Below are positions 1-12,659 of a stretch of 64,000 nt of DNA, piece by piece; position 1 is the first letter of the stretch, and each line of letters opens with the position of its first letter. A model generated the notes under the pieces. That model saw only the letters and a program-made list of their open reading frames with translations, had not been told where the DNA came from and ran no database searches. This DNA comes from Octopus bimaculoides. Taxonomy: Eukaryota. Position numbers and translations under genes: made by a program. Where the stretch lies: contig NC_068990.1 of assembly GCF_001194135.2 (NCBI RefSeq), forward strand, positions 11,333,648-11,397,647. The letters are read 5' to 3'.

Positions 1-45
<45 letters not shown>

Positions 46-47
<2 letters not shown>

Positions 48-250
48 CAATACGAAAATGGAGGGGATCAATAGATGGTATTCATCAACTTTTAGACATT
101 ATATTATGTCAATTTATTTATTTACTAAAAGGACAATTATAACAATATACATACCTGTATAACATATTATGCTTTACGTATATAATATATACAATATAAG
201 AATATCAATAATTATTAAAATGTATAACATAGAGCAATAAAAATTGGGAT
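46..250. repeat. Unclassified dispersed repeat (label G), flanked by microsatellites
   Basis: Aligns by eye with 35093-35283 (GAAAATGGAGG-GAT-AATAG-TGGTATTC-TCAACTT...TTTACTAAAAGGACAAT-ATAACAATATACA). Both copies are bounded by (TA)n or (GA)n. Confidence 0.6.
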
Positions 251-381
251 ACACACACATATGTATATAGATATACATATATATATAATGAATGTATGCA
301 ATTATAATTATAAAATATAAAGATAGATATACGTATAGTATATATATATATATATACACTACAGTATAGCGTAGGAGCGGT

Positions 382-1075
382 GAACACTACAGAGACACAT
401 GTGTCATAGAGTGGTCAAAGCATCATGGTTTTGGGTGCTATAGGCCTGAATCAGAGAATTGGGCCCCATGTGTTCCAAAATGTTGGTGGAGGCAGTGGGA
501 ATGGTATCACAGCGCAACGCTATGTTGACCAGATCCTAAGACCTCACATCATGCCATTCTTCGTGCATCACCATAGCCATGAGTTCCAGCAGGACAATGC
601 TCCCTCCCACACAGCCAGGGTCACCATGGAGTTCCTGCATCATTACAATATGATGTGGCCGGCTCTCAGCCTGGATTTGAACCCAATTGAACACCTGTGG
701 GATGAAATCCTGAGACTACTGAACCATGTGGTCCTAAAGCCAACAACTCATTCGGAACAGGAGGCAGCTTTCCTTAGCATGTGGACACAGGTGCCTATAG
801 CTTTTGTGAACCACCTCATGCACTCCATGTATCGATGGTGTATGGCCGCTTTGAACACCCAAGAAAAGCATACATGGTATTAAACATGTCACACCCTACA
901 ATCCCAATGTGCTGGATCCGCCCAGTACCAAAACACAAAACAAGGACCCATAGACTGTGGTCAGAGTGCATCCAAGAAATTGACTTTATCACATTTATAA
1001 AAATTTATCACTGTCATAATGAAATTAAAATATATTTCACAATCACACGTCTTGTGTTTCTTTTATGGTTCAGTG
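382..1075 (+). mobile_element. Tc1-family transposon remnant: C-terminal DDE transposase fragment plus right terminus
   Basis: ORF 425-883 has Tc1 motifs VMVLGAI, YVDQIL, FQQDNAPSH, WPALSLDLNPIEHLW and LMHSMYRWC. D-to-E spacing is 31 rather than 34, implying a deletion. The element ends ...ATGGTTCAGTG followed by TA at 1076-1077. No left TIR is seen. Confidence 0.85.
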
Positions 1076-1148
1076 TATATATAATGTATACATGTATACA
1101 TGTAATTATATTTATAATATATATAGACATATAAGTATAGAATATATA

Positions 1149-1199
<51 letters not shown>

Positions 1200-1540
1200 N
1201 NNNNNNNNNNNNNNNNNNNNNNNNNNNNNNNNNNNNNNNNNNNNNNNNNNNNNNNNNNNNNNNNNNNNNNNNNNNNNNNNNNNNNNNNNNNNNNNNNNNN
1301 NNNNNNNNNNNNNNNNNNNNNNNNNNNNNNNNNNNNNNNNNNNNNNNNNNNNNNNNNNNNNNNNNNNNNNNNNNNNNNNNNNNNNNNNNNNNNNNNNNNN
1401 NNNNNNNNNNNNNNNNNNNNNNNNNNNNNNNNNNNATATATATATATATATATATATAATGTATATATAGATAGATATAGGTATAGAATATATATATGTG
1501 TATATATCATGTATACATGTATATATGTAATTAGATTTAT

Positions 1541-1568
<28 letters not shown>
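1149..1568. repeat. (TG)n/(TA)n microsatellite block spanning an assembly gap
   Basis: Direct dinucleotide runs; N run at 1200-1435. Confidence 0.95.
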
Positions 1569-1573
<5 letters not shown>

Positions 1574-2889
1574 GCATAAAAGATGATTGTTTCTTTAGTT
1601 ATGCACCTGACTGAACTCTTGTCAATCAATCATAGATGTTGAATCAGTTAAAATGTGAACATGGTAGGAAATGAAGAAACAATCAATAGACTAAAAAGCC
1701 TTGTTGTCTTTTGCTGTGTTTATGTGTATTCTGTGTTCAAATATTGCTCAAGTCAATATTAAAGTAAATACCAGTCACGTTCTGATGTCAGTTTAAAGAC
1801 CTAGACTCTGTTCTAACAAATATGTGATTGTGCTTGGGAAAACCATGAACAGTGTGAAAAATTTGAAAATGGCATTTTATGTTTTATTCAGAAAGAGTAT
1901 AACTCACAAATTCTATAACACTAAATTTTTCAAATATCCTGATATTTGACCAAGAGCTGCTATTCCTCGTATATGTATGTGTGACCCAGAAAATAAGCCT
2001 GTTTGAGAAAACACTGTTTGAAGTTGAGGCCCATGGGAAAACTAAAATCTTTTCATAATTTTAATCCTTTCTCATTCGTAAAATGGGTAGGACTCCTGGT
2101 ATTCAAGCCATAGTCATTTGCTACAACTAATATGTAAAAACATCCAGGATTGACTTTCATCCAATTTTTCTGAATTGTTTATTTAGTGATATCCAATGAG
2201 TTTTCCCATGCGCCATAACATATATTGTAAGTAATCTCTGAAGCCACACTTGTACATTGTATATTTGAGTTCGGTAAAAATGTACTGTGATGGATTTGGC
2301 AAAACTTTCATTTTGAGATAACTAGCTATGTGTAACAGTCATATACAGATTTTGAATATCGTATTTATGCTCAGTGCTATTTTAACCCTTAAGTAAAATA
2401 AGCATGTTCTCGGGAAATCAATGGAAGGCAGGCACCACAGAAATGGTAAATGGTTTACAGTACAAAAGAAATCGCTTTAAACTTGCTAAAGTAATATTTG
2501 AAGTGGTTTATATGATCAGAAATATACTTTCAAAATGTTCATGGTGTCATAGTGAAAATCTGATCAATGATTTTGCAATTAAAAAAATTTGGAGAAAACT
2601 TTCCAAAAATTATTAAATTAGAAGTATACAAAAACAAACATTATTTTTCATCTTATTATTATTTTCGTTTCATATTGCAAAAAAAAAAAAATTATCTTCT
2701 GGTTTATTATTGTTTATATCTTGGTTTAGGTATATATAGGGGCACAAAAATCTTTTAAGTTCTTAGGACCTTTATGGGTCTGACCCTGTTTACACTGTTG
2801 CTTTTTAACCCCAGGCCACCATGTTGGAACAACCGTATGACCAAAGACATTTCAGCTATTCTCATCCACCTTTTTTGTTTTTGTTTGTT

Positions 2890-3165
2890 TGAGCTGGCAG
2901 AAGCTTTAGCACATCAGACAAAATGCTTACTAGCATTTCTTCCAGATCTCTACATTCTGAGCTCAAATTCCACCAAAGATTTTGCAATTTAATAAAAAAG
3001 TAGGAGAAAACTTTCCAAATATAAATAAAGTGGAAGTATGCAAAAAATAAACATTGCATTTCATCTCTTAAGCGTCGATAAAATGAAGTACCAGTCACGT
3101 ACTGGAATCAATGTAATCAACTTGTTCCCTCCTCTCAAAAATTTCTGTCCTTGAACCCTGCAAAT
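2890..3165 (+). mobile_element. tRNA-derived SINE family F, degenerate copy with an internal insertion
   Basis: GAGCTGGCAGAA head, TTCTGAGCTCAAATTCC B-box-like motif and GTCGATAAAATGAAGTACCAG central motif, all shared with the copy at 41539-41773. Confidence 0.7.
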
Positions 3166-3302
3166 AGTAATTCCATTCAGGGAGAATGTTGTGATCTCAG
3201 TCATTTATATGCCATGGAAATTGGGTAACAAATATTATGAGCCCTAGGGCTCATGAACAAAATAAAAATAACGATAATGTACATGGGATATTATTTCATA
3301 TA

Positions 3303-3690
3303 TACTCTTTTACTTGTTTCAGTCATTTGACTGCGGCCATGCTGGAGCACCGCTTTTAGTCGAGCAAATTGACCCCGGGACTTATTCTTTGTAAGCTTAG
3401 TACATATTCTATCGGTCTCTTTTTGCCGAACCGCTAAGTGATGGGGACATAAACATACCAGCATTGGTTGTCAAGCAATGCTAATGGGACAAACACAGAC
3501 ACACAAACATCCACACACACACACACACATATATATATATACATATATACGACGGGCTTCCTTCCATTTTCGTCTACCAAATCCACTCACAAGGCTTTGG
3601 TCGGCCCGAGGCTATAGTAGAAGACACTTGCCCAAGGTACCATGCAGTGGGACTGAACCCAGAACCATGTGGTTGGTAAGCAAGCTACTT
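3303..3690 (-). mobile_element. tRNA-derived SINE family A (head, TA/CA microsatellite spacer, conserved tail)
   Basis: Minus strand reads GGTTCTGGGTTCAGTCCC (B box)...CCTTGGGCAAGTGTCTTCTACTATAGCC...spacer...GCTCCAGCATGGCCGCAGTCAAATGACTGAAACAAGTAAAAGAG. At least 10 copies in the window. Confidence 0.9.
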
Positions 3691-5744
3691 CCATAAGATG
3701 GTAGAGAATGAGTTTAAGATTTGGTTGTTATTTCTACCAGATCAAGTAACTACAAAGATACTATTTCATTGGCTCATGTATTTTATTTTCTGGTCTATGG
3801 TATTGAAATGTTGTAAAAATGGTTGCAACATTTATGCCAAAAATATCAATGAAAGATAATGCTCTGGTATTGATTAGGTTTAGTGATTTAAATGAGGTTT
3901 CTTTAGTCAGGCATTGTATGTTTTCTGGTGCTGGCTCCTAAATAAATACATATATATTATTCACACACACATACAAATATATTGTGTGTGTGTGTGTGTA
4001 TGTATATATATATATGTACATGGTACATGAACACATGTGTATTTGTGTGTGTATACTTATGACTCCCTACCAGGAAACATAATATCAATTGATTAGAATT
4101 TTTTTTTTTCCATTTTTAGCTTGCCATGTGTTATTTTTTTAGTTTCTAATTTTGTATCAGCTTGGTCTGGTGGTGATGCTGGTGGGTACATGTGTTTATG
4201 ATCTTCACAGGTACCTCTAAGACTTGTGAGACTAATAGCATTAACGTTTGTCTAGAACAGTTGCTAGTTAATAGCTGCAAGAAATTCATGAAACCTGAGG
4301 TCCCAGTAAAGAACGGCTGGGTGCAGTGGATTTTACAAAACTTGGGAGATGAAGACCCTTTATAAGTGGCAAGAAAGAAAGAGTATATTGTGCATATTGG
4401 AACATATTACTGTACAAACTCGGTGTGTCAAAAGTGCCACCCTAATGGATAGTGCACTCATTTACAGCTAATTATTGTGTATATTTCTTTTTATCCCTCA
4501 CCCCTTTGTGCTTCTCTCTGTCTTCTTTCCTATCTAACCCAGTTAGCTCTCTCTCTACATCCATGCTATATCAATGCTTTGGTGTTACCAAACATATTTA
4601 TCATTCCTTTCACATATTTAGCTTCCTCCCATATCGAACATCTTCCACAACACTCATACCTCTTCGTACACTAATGCAAAATCTCAAAATGGTTTTCCAC
4701 ATTCTTTCACACATCTACACTTACACTGTCTACTACAGTATCAATTTCCTTCTTTTATTCATAATTTTGCAAATGAGTAGATGAAACGTGAATAATTAAT
4801 ATACGGTTAGATGTAGATATGAAGAGGGAAAATTGTCTGAGATATATTTTTGATTCTTCATGCAAACTGTCTCACTGAAAAGTGTTTACCCTGTATGAAT
4901 TTCTATAAGTACATTTTTCTTAAAGTAGATTTTGAGAAAATTCTAGTCTCCTAAGAATCTAGATTTTACTGTATTTACTGCAAATATAGCTAAGACATAC
5001 ACAACAGGATAAAAAAACAAACGGAGATGATATTAGAAATGCAAGACCAAAGAAGTCAAATCATAACAAACAATTTTTTAAAAAAATATAACAGGTGAAG
5101 TCTGTATTATTTTAGAAGCTTGAGACAAAGAAATCAGCAGAAGAATAACAAAAAAAAGACAGGAGAAAATGAATATATAAAAGTGAATTAAAATTAAAAA
5201 ATAAATACAAAACGAAAATTCAATGTGAGAAAAACAGAAAATTAAGATATATGTTAACACCTTCACTTAACTTTATGGTAAATATCTATTTTAAAAAATC
5301 AATTTTTTAAACTTCACCATATTGAGTCTCTGTATGTAAATATACAAAGTTTCATAACATTTTTAGAGCTAAGGGTAAGCTTAATTCCCTTGTTGTTTAG
5401 ACCTATATCATCCCTGTGAAGTAGGCTTATTTCTAAAGACATTCTAGCCATAGCCATCCTGTCATTTTCTTAAGAAGTAATATATATTTAGGAGAACATT
5501 ACCATGGATATACATATCTCCCTTCCTTTGTAAAATGGTAGCATGTATTTGAGGCAGGTTTGTCTGTTATTTCTAGCAGGTAAGCCTACCGTCTAAATGT
5601 TCATTGCTAGGCTAGTATGGATAAAGTTTTTTCCTTGATTATGTAGTGCAAAATATGTTAATTCAATGGGCCCCTCATTGAACTCAACCTGATATACTTA
5701 TCTTCTCAATTTTACAGCAGTACCACTAGTTACAATACAATACA

Positions 5745-5860
5745 ATACATGCACACACACACACACACTCACACATACACACACACACACACACACTCAC
5801 ACACACACACACACACACTCACACACACACACACACTCACACACACACACTTACACACGC
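5745..5860. repeat. (CA)n microsatellite
   Basis: Direct sequence. Similar runs at 6235-6280, 8225-8340 and 57135-57215. Confidence 0.95.
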
Positions 5861-6240
5861 TGGTTTTTTATTAGTAAAATTCAAATAAAAGCACTCACTT
5901 TGTGTCAAATTCAAGTGATCATTTCTCAGTGAATTAATGTAATGAAACAGGAGCAGCAACTCAATTTTCATGTGGGAACATTGCTGGTTTTACTGAATGA
6001 GACATAACGGTGAGTGCAGTGCATGAAGTCTTCAGGTTGTAGGGCCAAAAGATTACCAGTATACATATTAATCATGAAACTTGAAAAATGCAATCACGGT
6101 ACCAATGGTTAGGCTTTACCAAGCGTAAACTGGAACATCCTTGCATGAAACTTGTGTTGCTGCTCCAGTTCCATTAATTTACAGTATAAAAACTACTATG
6201 CATGTATGTATATATATATATATANNNNNNNNNNGTGTGT

Positions 6241-6280
<40 letters not shown>

Positions 6281-6649
6281 TATAATATAAGGAAAATGGA
6301 GAGTTTGAACAAAGAAAAATATCAATTTATTTATATCATAGTCAATTTATATGTATATATGTATGTATATATAAATATATATAAGCATGTGTGAATGTAT
6401 GCATGCATGTATGTATGTATGTATGTACGTACATATGTATGTATGTATGTATGTATGTATGTGTATGTACAACATTATTTTGAAAGACAATGTATAACAA
6501 TGTGAATTTTACATAACAAGTCAGCAAGTTATTGATTTTCAGCTTCAGGTCAACTCAGGGTGAAATGATTTATGATTAAAGGCATTCTAGCCAAGACCAC
6601 CCCATCTTCTCAGGTACAAGTGCAACACTGTTAAATTTGCACTGAGTGT

Positions 6650-6870
6650 GGAGGTGCGTGAGTTTGTGCAAAAATGTAGTTTTGGTTCCTGACCAAGGTG
6701 ATGTATTATTTTCTTGAGCAAAAAGCCTCATTTTACATTGTTTCAGTCTAATCAGCCAGCAGAAATGAATAACCCTGTGATGGGTTGGTGTTCTATTCAG
6801 AGTGGATGGAATGTATATGCCTCAGATTCCAAGAAACTGTCCTTATGAGCCTATGGTTCAGGAAGGACCT
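6650..6870 (+). mobile_element. Old CORE/V-type SINE (label H), degenerate
   Basis: TTGAGCAAAAAGCCTCATTTTACATTGTTTCAGTCTAATCAGC...AAATGA resembles the CORE domain. AACCCTGTGATGGGTTGGTGTTCTATTCAG resembles the V-domain motif, compared from memory. Confidence 0.4.
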
Positions 6871-7187
6871 TTGATCATTTTGGCAGCTATTTCTAGTAAG
6901 TCACGTCAGGTTCGTTCTTTGACTTAGGGAACTGATAAAATTTATTGAACACTGGTTCAAGTATGTTAGATTACCTAGTTTTGTGTCTACATTTTATTTC
7001 AATGCTAGATTCTCATACAGAATATATGTATAAACTTTAGCCAATATTATATATACCAATTGGTCAATCCTAATTATCTAAGCCTTTAATAGTTGTGAGT
7101 ATGTAAGTAGTATCTCCTGGATAGTGAGAGTGAGTGCTCAGTTACTGATGTAATCCCAATACTAGGATGAAAGTAGACTGGTTGATG

Positions 7188-7218
<31 letters not shown>

Positions 7219-8004
7219 GTGATGACACAATGAAACCTCTGTTTATGAAAATCTCTGCTCATGAACAAATCAGTTTACAAACAAATTTTTGGACATAAAA
7301 TGTCTCGGGTAAAGAAAAGTGTCTTGAGTAACAAACACACAAGCTGGCATCAACAGTTGATGAGAAGCTGGGAATATCAGTAGGAGAGCATTAATTGCTG
7401 CCGAGCTTTCATTCACTGCACATCCCTGTTTGAATTTGCCAAGCCTGCTTTTGAATTTCCTACAGAAAAATGGCTTTGGTTTACAAACATTTTCACTGGT
7501 AAACAGCCTTCAAGAACAAATTAAATTTGTAAACTGCAGTTCCACTGAATTTTATATTAGAACAATATGCTTACATCTGTCAGTACATACGCTGTTGGTT
7601 AGAAATCTGTAGATATATTATGCAGTACATTTTAACATTAAAACAAAGTGCTGTTATCACAACAGTAATATATTTATGAAACTAACTACCAAGTATATAT
7701 GCAAATTTCACCTATCTGATTCTCTTAGGCACATAATGATAGTTTGTTTATAAGCCACAACTATCTGAACAGGGTACTCGATTGCTGATGAAATCTGAAC
7801 AAAAGAAATGAAAAAAAAAAACCCTATATTTTATTTTTTTGTTCACAAAGATATTGTATTTAAAAGCCAAGTATTTACTCCTATCTGTTTTATACAGTGC
7901 TGTCTAAAATATATAGATATCTTCTGTAGTGCAATATGGATTTGATGGAAAACCATTCTGTTAACACTCAAGTAATTTACAGTCACGATCATTTTCTCTG
8001 TGTT

Positions 8005-8220
8005 TTAATGTACATTCTTCCAATCTTGCATGGGTCAGACAGCGTTTGATGAAGTAGATATTTTATGGTTTGATGCCTTTCCTGTTACCAACCCTCATGT
8101 GTTTCCGAACAAGGTAATACAGCTAGACTTGTTCTCGTGGAAGATTGGAAATGAAGAACATTGCTTGTATGATCTTGACATTTGTTTACATTTATTGTTT
8201 CATGCCATTACAAGGAGACA
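8005..8220 (-). mobile_element. SINE related to family C, degenerate
   Basis: Contains TTTATGGTTTGATGCCTTTCCTGTTACCAACC, the reverse complement of the GGTTGGCGTTAGGAAGGGCATCCAGC motif of family C. Confidence 0.55.
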
Positions 8221-8241
8221 CTAACACACACATGCACGCAT

Positions 8242-8326
<85 letters not shown>

Positions 8327-8894
8327 AACACACACACATGCACATATGCAATGGACTTGTTTCAGTTGTTTCCATCTTACCAAATCTAGTCACAAGGCTC
8401 CGATTGGTTCAGAGCTACAGTGGAAGATATTTACTCAAAGTATCATGCAGTGGGACAGAACCTGAAAACACTTGGGTGCTCAACTGTGGGATTGAACCTT
8501 CAAAAAACATGTATTCGTTTTGAAAGAACTTACATACCATCAGTCTAAAGCTACTATACAGACATATATTTACACACTCGTACACAAATATGTACACTCA
8601 CATACGTACACCCATATATATACACACAAAGACAATGTCACACATACTGTCATACACACCAACTGATATTTATGCACAAATTTCCAAGACAAACGACTGA
8701 ATATAAATAAGGCAGAAGTTGATTTAAAAATAATCAAATATGAAAACATATAAATAAAAGAAATTGTTTTTCATAGTTTTTTAAAAGTCATCGAAAGAAA
8801 GTAAAGTTAAGAAAAATAGATATTTAGTTTTAGTCAATTCCAACTGAATGAAGACTGTCAATAACATTCTTCACATTTCATTTCATCTCCTTTG

Positions 8895-9158
8895 TTATTC
8901 TTTCATCTTTAGTTGATTTTTCATTGTTGTTTGTGCTGGTTGTAGTTGTAGCAGTATTGGTGGTAGTTGTAGTGGTTTTGGTGGTAGATCTTTGGTGATG
9001 GAGAATAAATAGTAGTTGTGGTATTGCTGTCTGCTGTTTTCTTCTAAGTAAAGCAACAGGAAGAGAGTGAACGTCAGTAAACTGAAACCTATTGACTTCA
9101 GTACCTCACCAAGAAGAATAACACTATAATGTGCCTCCAACATCAGGTCCCTAGGGAA
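8895..9158 (-). CDS. Candidate exon pair (9158-9110 and 9043-8895) of an unidentified host transcript
   Basis: Acceptor ctttcatttgcag, then a 49-nt exon, donor GTGAGG, and a 66-nt intron with branch TACTGAC and a pyrimidine tract ending ttag. One frame is open across the junction (FPRDLMLEAHYSVILLEENSRQQY...MKE*). No recognisable homology. Confidence 0.3.
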   Translation of the reverse strand, partial: FPRDLMLEAHYSVILLGEVLKSIGFSLLTFTLFLLLYLEENSRQQYHNYYLFSITKDLPPKPLQLPPILLQLQPAQTTMKNQLKMKE

Positions 9159-9830
9159 CTGCAAATGAAAGGAGCAATGTTTGTTAAACAGTGCTTATAC
9201 TAACATGCAGAACAGCACCTGAGATGAACAGGATTTCAGGCAACTAGGCAAGTAGATATCGACCCAGGTTTTGGTGTACAGTACACTAAGCTACTTAACA
9301 CAGAACAATAAATTTACCCTAGCAGTTAGTAGGTACCATAAACTAGAATGTTTCACTGATATGGGTAGCATCATTATGAAATTGAAAAATGTTTTATTTG
9401 ATTTCAATTTTGTATACAGTTCCTCTCTTGATAAAGGCCAGAAAGGAAACAATTTCTGTCTGCTCTTATGCATTTAGGTCAGTAAGGCAATTGCTTAACA
9501 AAGCTAGTAAAGTGATGGATGAAAGTCTTATGGTTTTTAGTTATGACCCTTTAGGGCCCGAATTCATATCTCTCTGAAGGGCAGTTTTATCTTTCAAACC
9601 TCCTTGTTTGCTAAAATAAAGTAACAATTAAATCTGGAGTCATTATAATTGACTACACCTTTTCCCTCAAGTTTGAAGCGTAGCACTTATGAAAGAAATT
9701 ATATATGCCAGATTGATACGTATGATTTTCTTTATATATGAGTACAAGGCCTAGATCAGAAATCAATCAATGATATTAATCTATTACCAGACAGCAGACA
9801 GATTACATAGCCTCTCATGGTTTAAACCTT

Positions 9831-10050
9831 TAACAATCAACCCAGCCATATCTGGCCAAAATATTCCACATGTTTTGTGTTCAAACCAGCCAGGTACAAT
9901 CTCTCACGACTATCCTACAATGGATTTCTAAAAATAAGCAACCCATCATAAAAATCTCAAAGTTACAAGATAACGCATGAAGAATTCAAAGCATGAGGAA
10001 TTCAAAGCATGAGGAATTCAAAATAACAAGCATTGCATTTGACAGAATAA
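9831..10050 (+). mobile_element. TTAA-flanked MITE family D, degenerate copy with an internal 16-bp unit repeated three times
   Basis: Matches the copy at 47498-47725. GCATGAGGAATTCAAA occurs about three times at 9975-10021. Confidence 0.6.
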
Positions 10051-10149
10051 TCTCTATATTGAACAGAGAGAATAGTATTTGTTTTATGACTTAGACACAG
10101 AGAAGGGCCAGTAATCATTACCTTTATGGAATCATTACCTTTGTAGGAG

Positions 10150-10670
10150 AAAGTAGGAGAGAGAGAAAGTGAGAGTGGGAGAGAGAGGAGAGTGGGAGAG
10201 AGAGAGAAAGAGAGAGTGGTGGAGAGAAGGCAAGAGTGGGAGAGAGTGAGAGAGAGAGAGTGGGAAAGAGTGAAGGGGATAGTGGGAGAGAGAGAGAGAA
10301 AGAGAGAGTGGGGAGAGAAGGAGAGTGTGGGAGAGAGAGAAGAGAGTGCAAGAGAGAGGATGAGAAAGTGTGAGAGTGAGGGGAAGAGTAGGATAGAGAG
10401 AGGAGGAGGAGAGAGAGAGGAGGAGAGAGAAAGGAGGAGAGAGAGAGGAGGAGAGAGAGAGGAGGAGAGAGAGAGGNNNNNNNNNNNNNNNNNNNNNNNN
10501 NNNNNNNNNNNNNNNNNNNNNNNNNNNNNNNNNNNNNNNNNNNNNNNNNNNNNNNNNNNNNNNNNNNNNNNNNNNNNNNNNNNNNNNNNNNNNNNNNNNN
10601 NNNNNNNNGGGGGTGGAGGAAGAGATTCAGCAGGAGGGACTGGGAGATAACAGGGTGGGGGGAGTACAGC
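10150..10670. repeat. GA/GGA-rich low-complexity tract spanning a gap
   Basis: Purine-rich simple repeat; N run at 10477-10608. Confidence 0.9.
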
Positions 10671-11121
10671 AGATGGTGGGCACATGTGGGGGTGGCGGGA
10701 GAGGTGTTAGAAAGATGGGGGATGTAGGAAGAGGTTTGTCAGTGATAGGTTGGTTGTGTGCAACTTAGGGGACCCAGGACATAAAGGACATGCTTTAATG
10801 GCCTCAACTTTTCTTAGCTGGACATTTCTTCTTAAGCATAGCAAATTGCCAATTGTAATGGTCCTTTGTCATCTTCTCAGAGGCTTAGCTTCTGAAGATC
10901 ATTTTCCACCTCCACATCGCAGGTCTTCATTGGTTTTCGTCTTCCACAGGTTCTTCCCACATTTAGGGACCAGCATGAAATCCTGTAACACTTGACTGCA
11001 AAGCAAACATCTATCACACAGCTAACCCTCCACTCTGGTTAATAAAATGGCTAACTGTTCAACTGCAAATGCGGTATCAATTCAATAGCACCTGTTTACA
11101 GTTAGGTACACAAACCCAAGT

Positions 11122-11845
11122 GGAGGCGCAATGGCCCAGTGGTAAGGGCAGCGGACTCGCGGTCATAGGATCGTGGTTTCAATTCCCAGACCGAGCATTG
11201 TGAGTGTTTATTGAGCGAAGACACCTAAAGCTCCACGAGGCTCCGGCAGGGGGTGGTGGTGAACCTTGCTGTACTCTTTCACCACAACTTTCTCTCACTC
11301 TTACTTCCTGTTTCTGTTGTGCCTGTATTTCAAAAGGCCAGCCTTGTCACACTCTGTGTCACGCTGAATCTCCCCAAGAACTACGTTAAGGGTACACGTG
11401 TCTGTGGAGTGCTCAGCCACTTGCACGTTAATTTCACGAGCAGACTGTTTGTTCTGTTGATCAGATCAACTGGAACCCTCGACGTCGTAAGCGACNNNNN
11501 NNNNNGGATCGTGGTTTCAATTCCCAGACCGAGCATTGTGAGTGTTTATTGAGCGAAGACACCTAAAGCTCCACGAGGCTCCGGCAGGGGGTGGTGGTGA
11601 ACCTTGCTGTACTCTTTCACCACAACTTTCTCTCACTCTTACTTCCTGTTTCTGTTGTGCCTGTATTTCAAAAGGCCAGCCTTGTCACACTCTGTGTCAC
11701 GCTGAATCTCCCCAAGAACTACGTTAAGGGTACACGTGTCTGTGGAGTGCTCAGCCACTTGCACGTTAATTTCACGAGCAGACTGTTTGTTCTGTTGATC
11801 AGATCAACTGGAACCCTCGACGTCGTAAGCGACGGAGTGCGAACA
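11122..11845 (+). mobile_element. Full-length tRNA-derived SINE family B, duplicated across an 11-N gap
   Basis: Head GGAGGCGCAATGGCCCAGTGGTAAGG (A box)...GGTTTCAATTCCC (B box). Tail AACTGGAACCCTCGACGTCGTAAGCGACGGAGTGCGAACAAC. 13-bp TSD ACACAAACCCAAG at 11108-11120 and 11846-11858. Confidence 0.9.
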
Positions 11846-11861
11846 ACACAAACCCAAGCTA

Positions 11862-12125
11862 CCTGACAAAGGTTCCAGTTGATCTGATTAACGCAACAGC
11901 CAGCTTGTGAAGTTAACATGCAAGTGGCTGAGTACTCCACAAATACCACAAGACACAAGTACTCTTAAAATAGTTCTCAAATTTATTCAGTGTGACACAG
12001 AATGTGACAAGGCTAGATTTTTCAAATACAGATACAACAGCCAGCTTGTGAAGTTAACATGCAAGTGGTTGAGTACTCCACAGACACAAGTACCCTTAAA
12101 GTAGTTCTCAAATTTTTTCAGTGAT
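11862..12125 (-). mobile_element. Older antisense family B tail with an internal tandem duplication
   Basis: CAACAGCCAGCTTGTGAAGTTAACATGCAAGTGG-TGAGTACTCCAC occurs twice, at about 11895 and 12033. Confidence 0.8.
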
Positions 12126-12659
12126 ACCCTTACCTCAATCATGGGTACAACATATGAAAACTTTATTCCCCTCAGTTACTAGTCTAACCAATTTGTCAAC
12201 TCATATAAGCAGTTTTTTGTGAGCCAATGATGGAGACCATAAAATTAACAGCTGAAAATACTAGAAACAACAGCCAAATTTTCCTTAAATCAAAACTTAT
12301 GTTCTTGTCAAAGAAAACATTGGATAATATTGTCCGTGATACGTTCTGACTCACAACAAAGTGAGATGGTTATGGAAAGATTGCTATTTTTCAGAGGTAT
12401 GCTTCAACAAGGCTGGTCTACAGCTAAAGAGCTAAAAGACTAGCTGGTCGACACCATGCCAGTCTATAGATGATTGCTTCAGTTAATTTTCCATTATGCA
12501 ACAGATATTTTTCAGAAAGGTATGGTGGCCACAAATTTGCTATGAAGCAGATTTTCTATCTTGTCAAATTAGGTGATAATCATAATTATTTCTATTATAT
12601 ATTTTCTGTATAACTGAAATATTTAATCATTTTGATATGATGCAAGTTTAGAGCTTAAG

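Noticed and set aside
1014-1577. Long ORFs rich in IY/HT/CV dipeptides here and at 12.6-13.6, 16.1-16.5, 22.8-23.5, 28.0-28.3, 60.4-61.3 and 62.1-62.7 kb
   Set aside because: These are translations of TA/CA/GA microsatellites, often running through N gaps, and are not genes.
4210-4365. 51-codon plus-strand frame GTSKTCETNSINVCLEQLL...EDPL* after a possible acceptor
   Set aside because: No recognisable motif, weak splice context and a length expected by chance.
11122-11195. tRNA-Arg(TCG)-like sequence (also at 58680-58746)
   Set aside because: It is the head of SINE family B. The acceptor stem is not closed and it runs straight into the SINE body, so it is not a tRNA gene.
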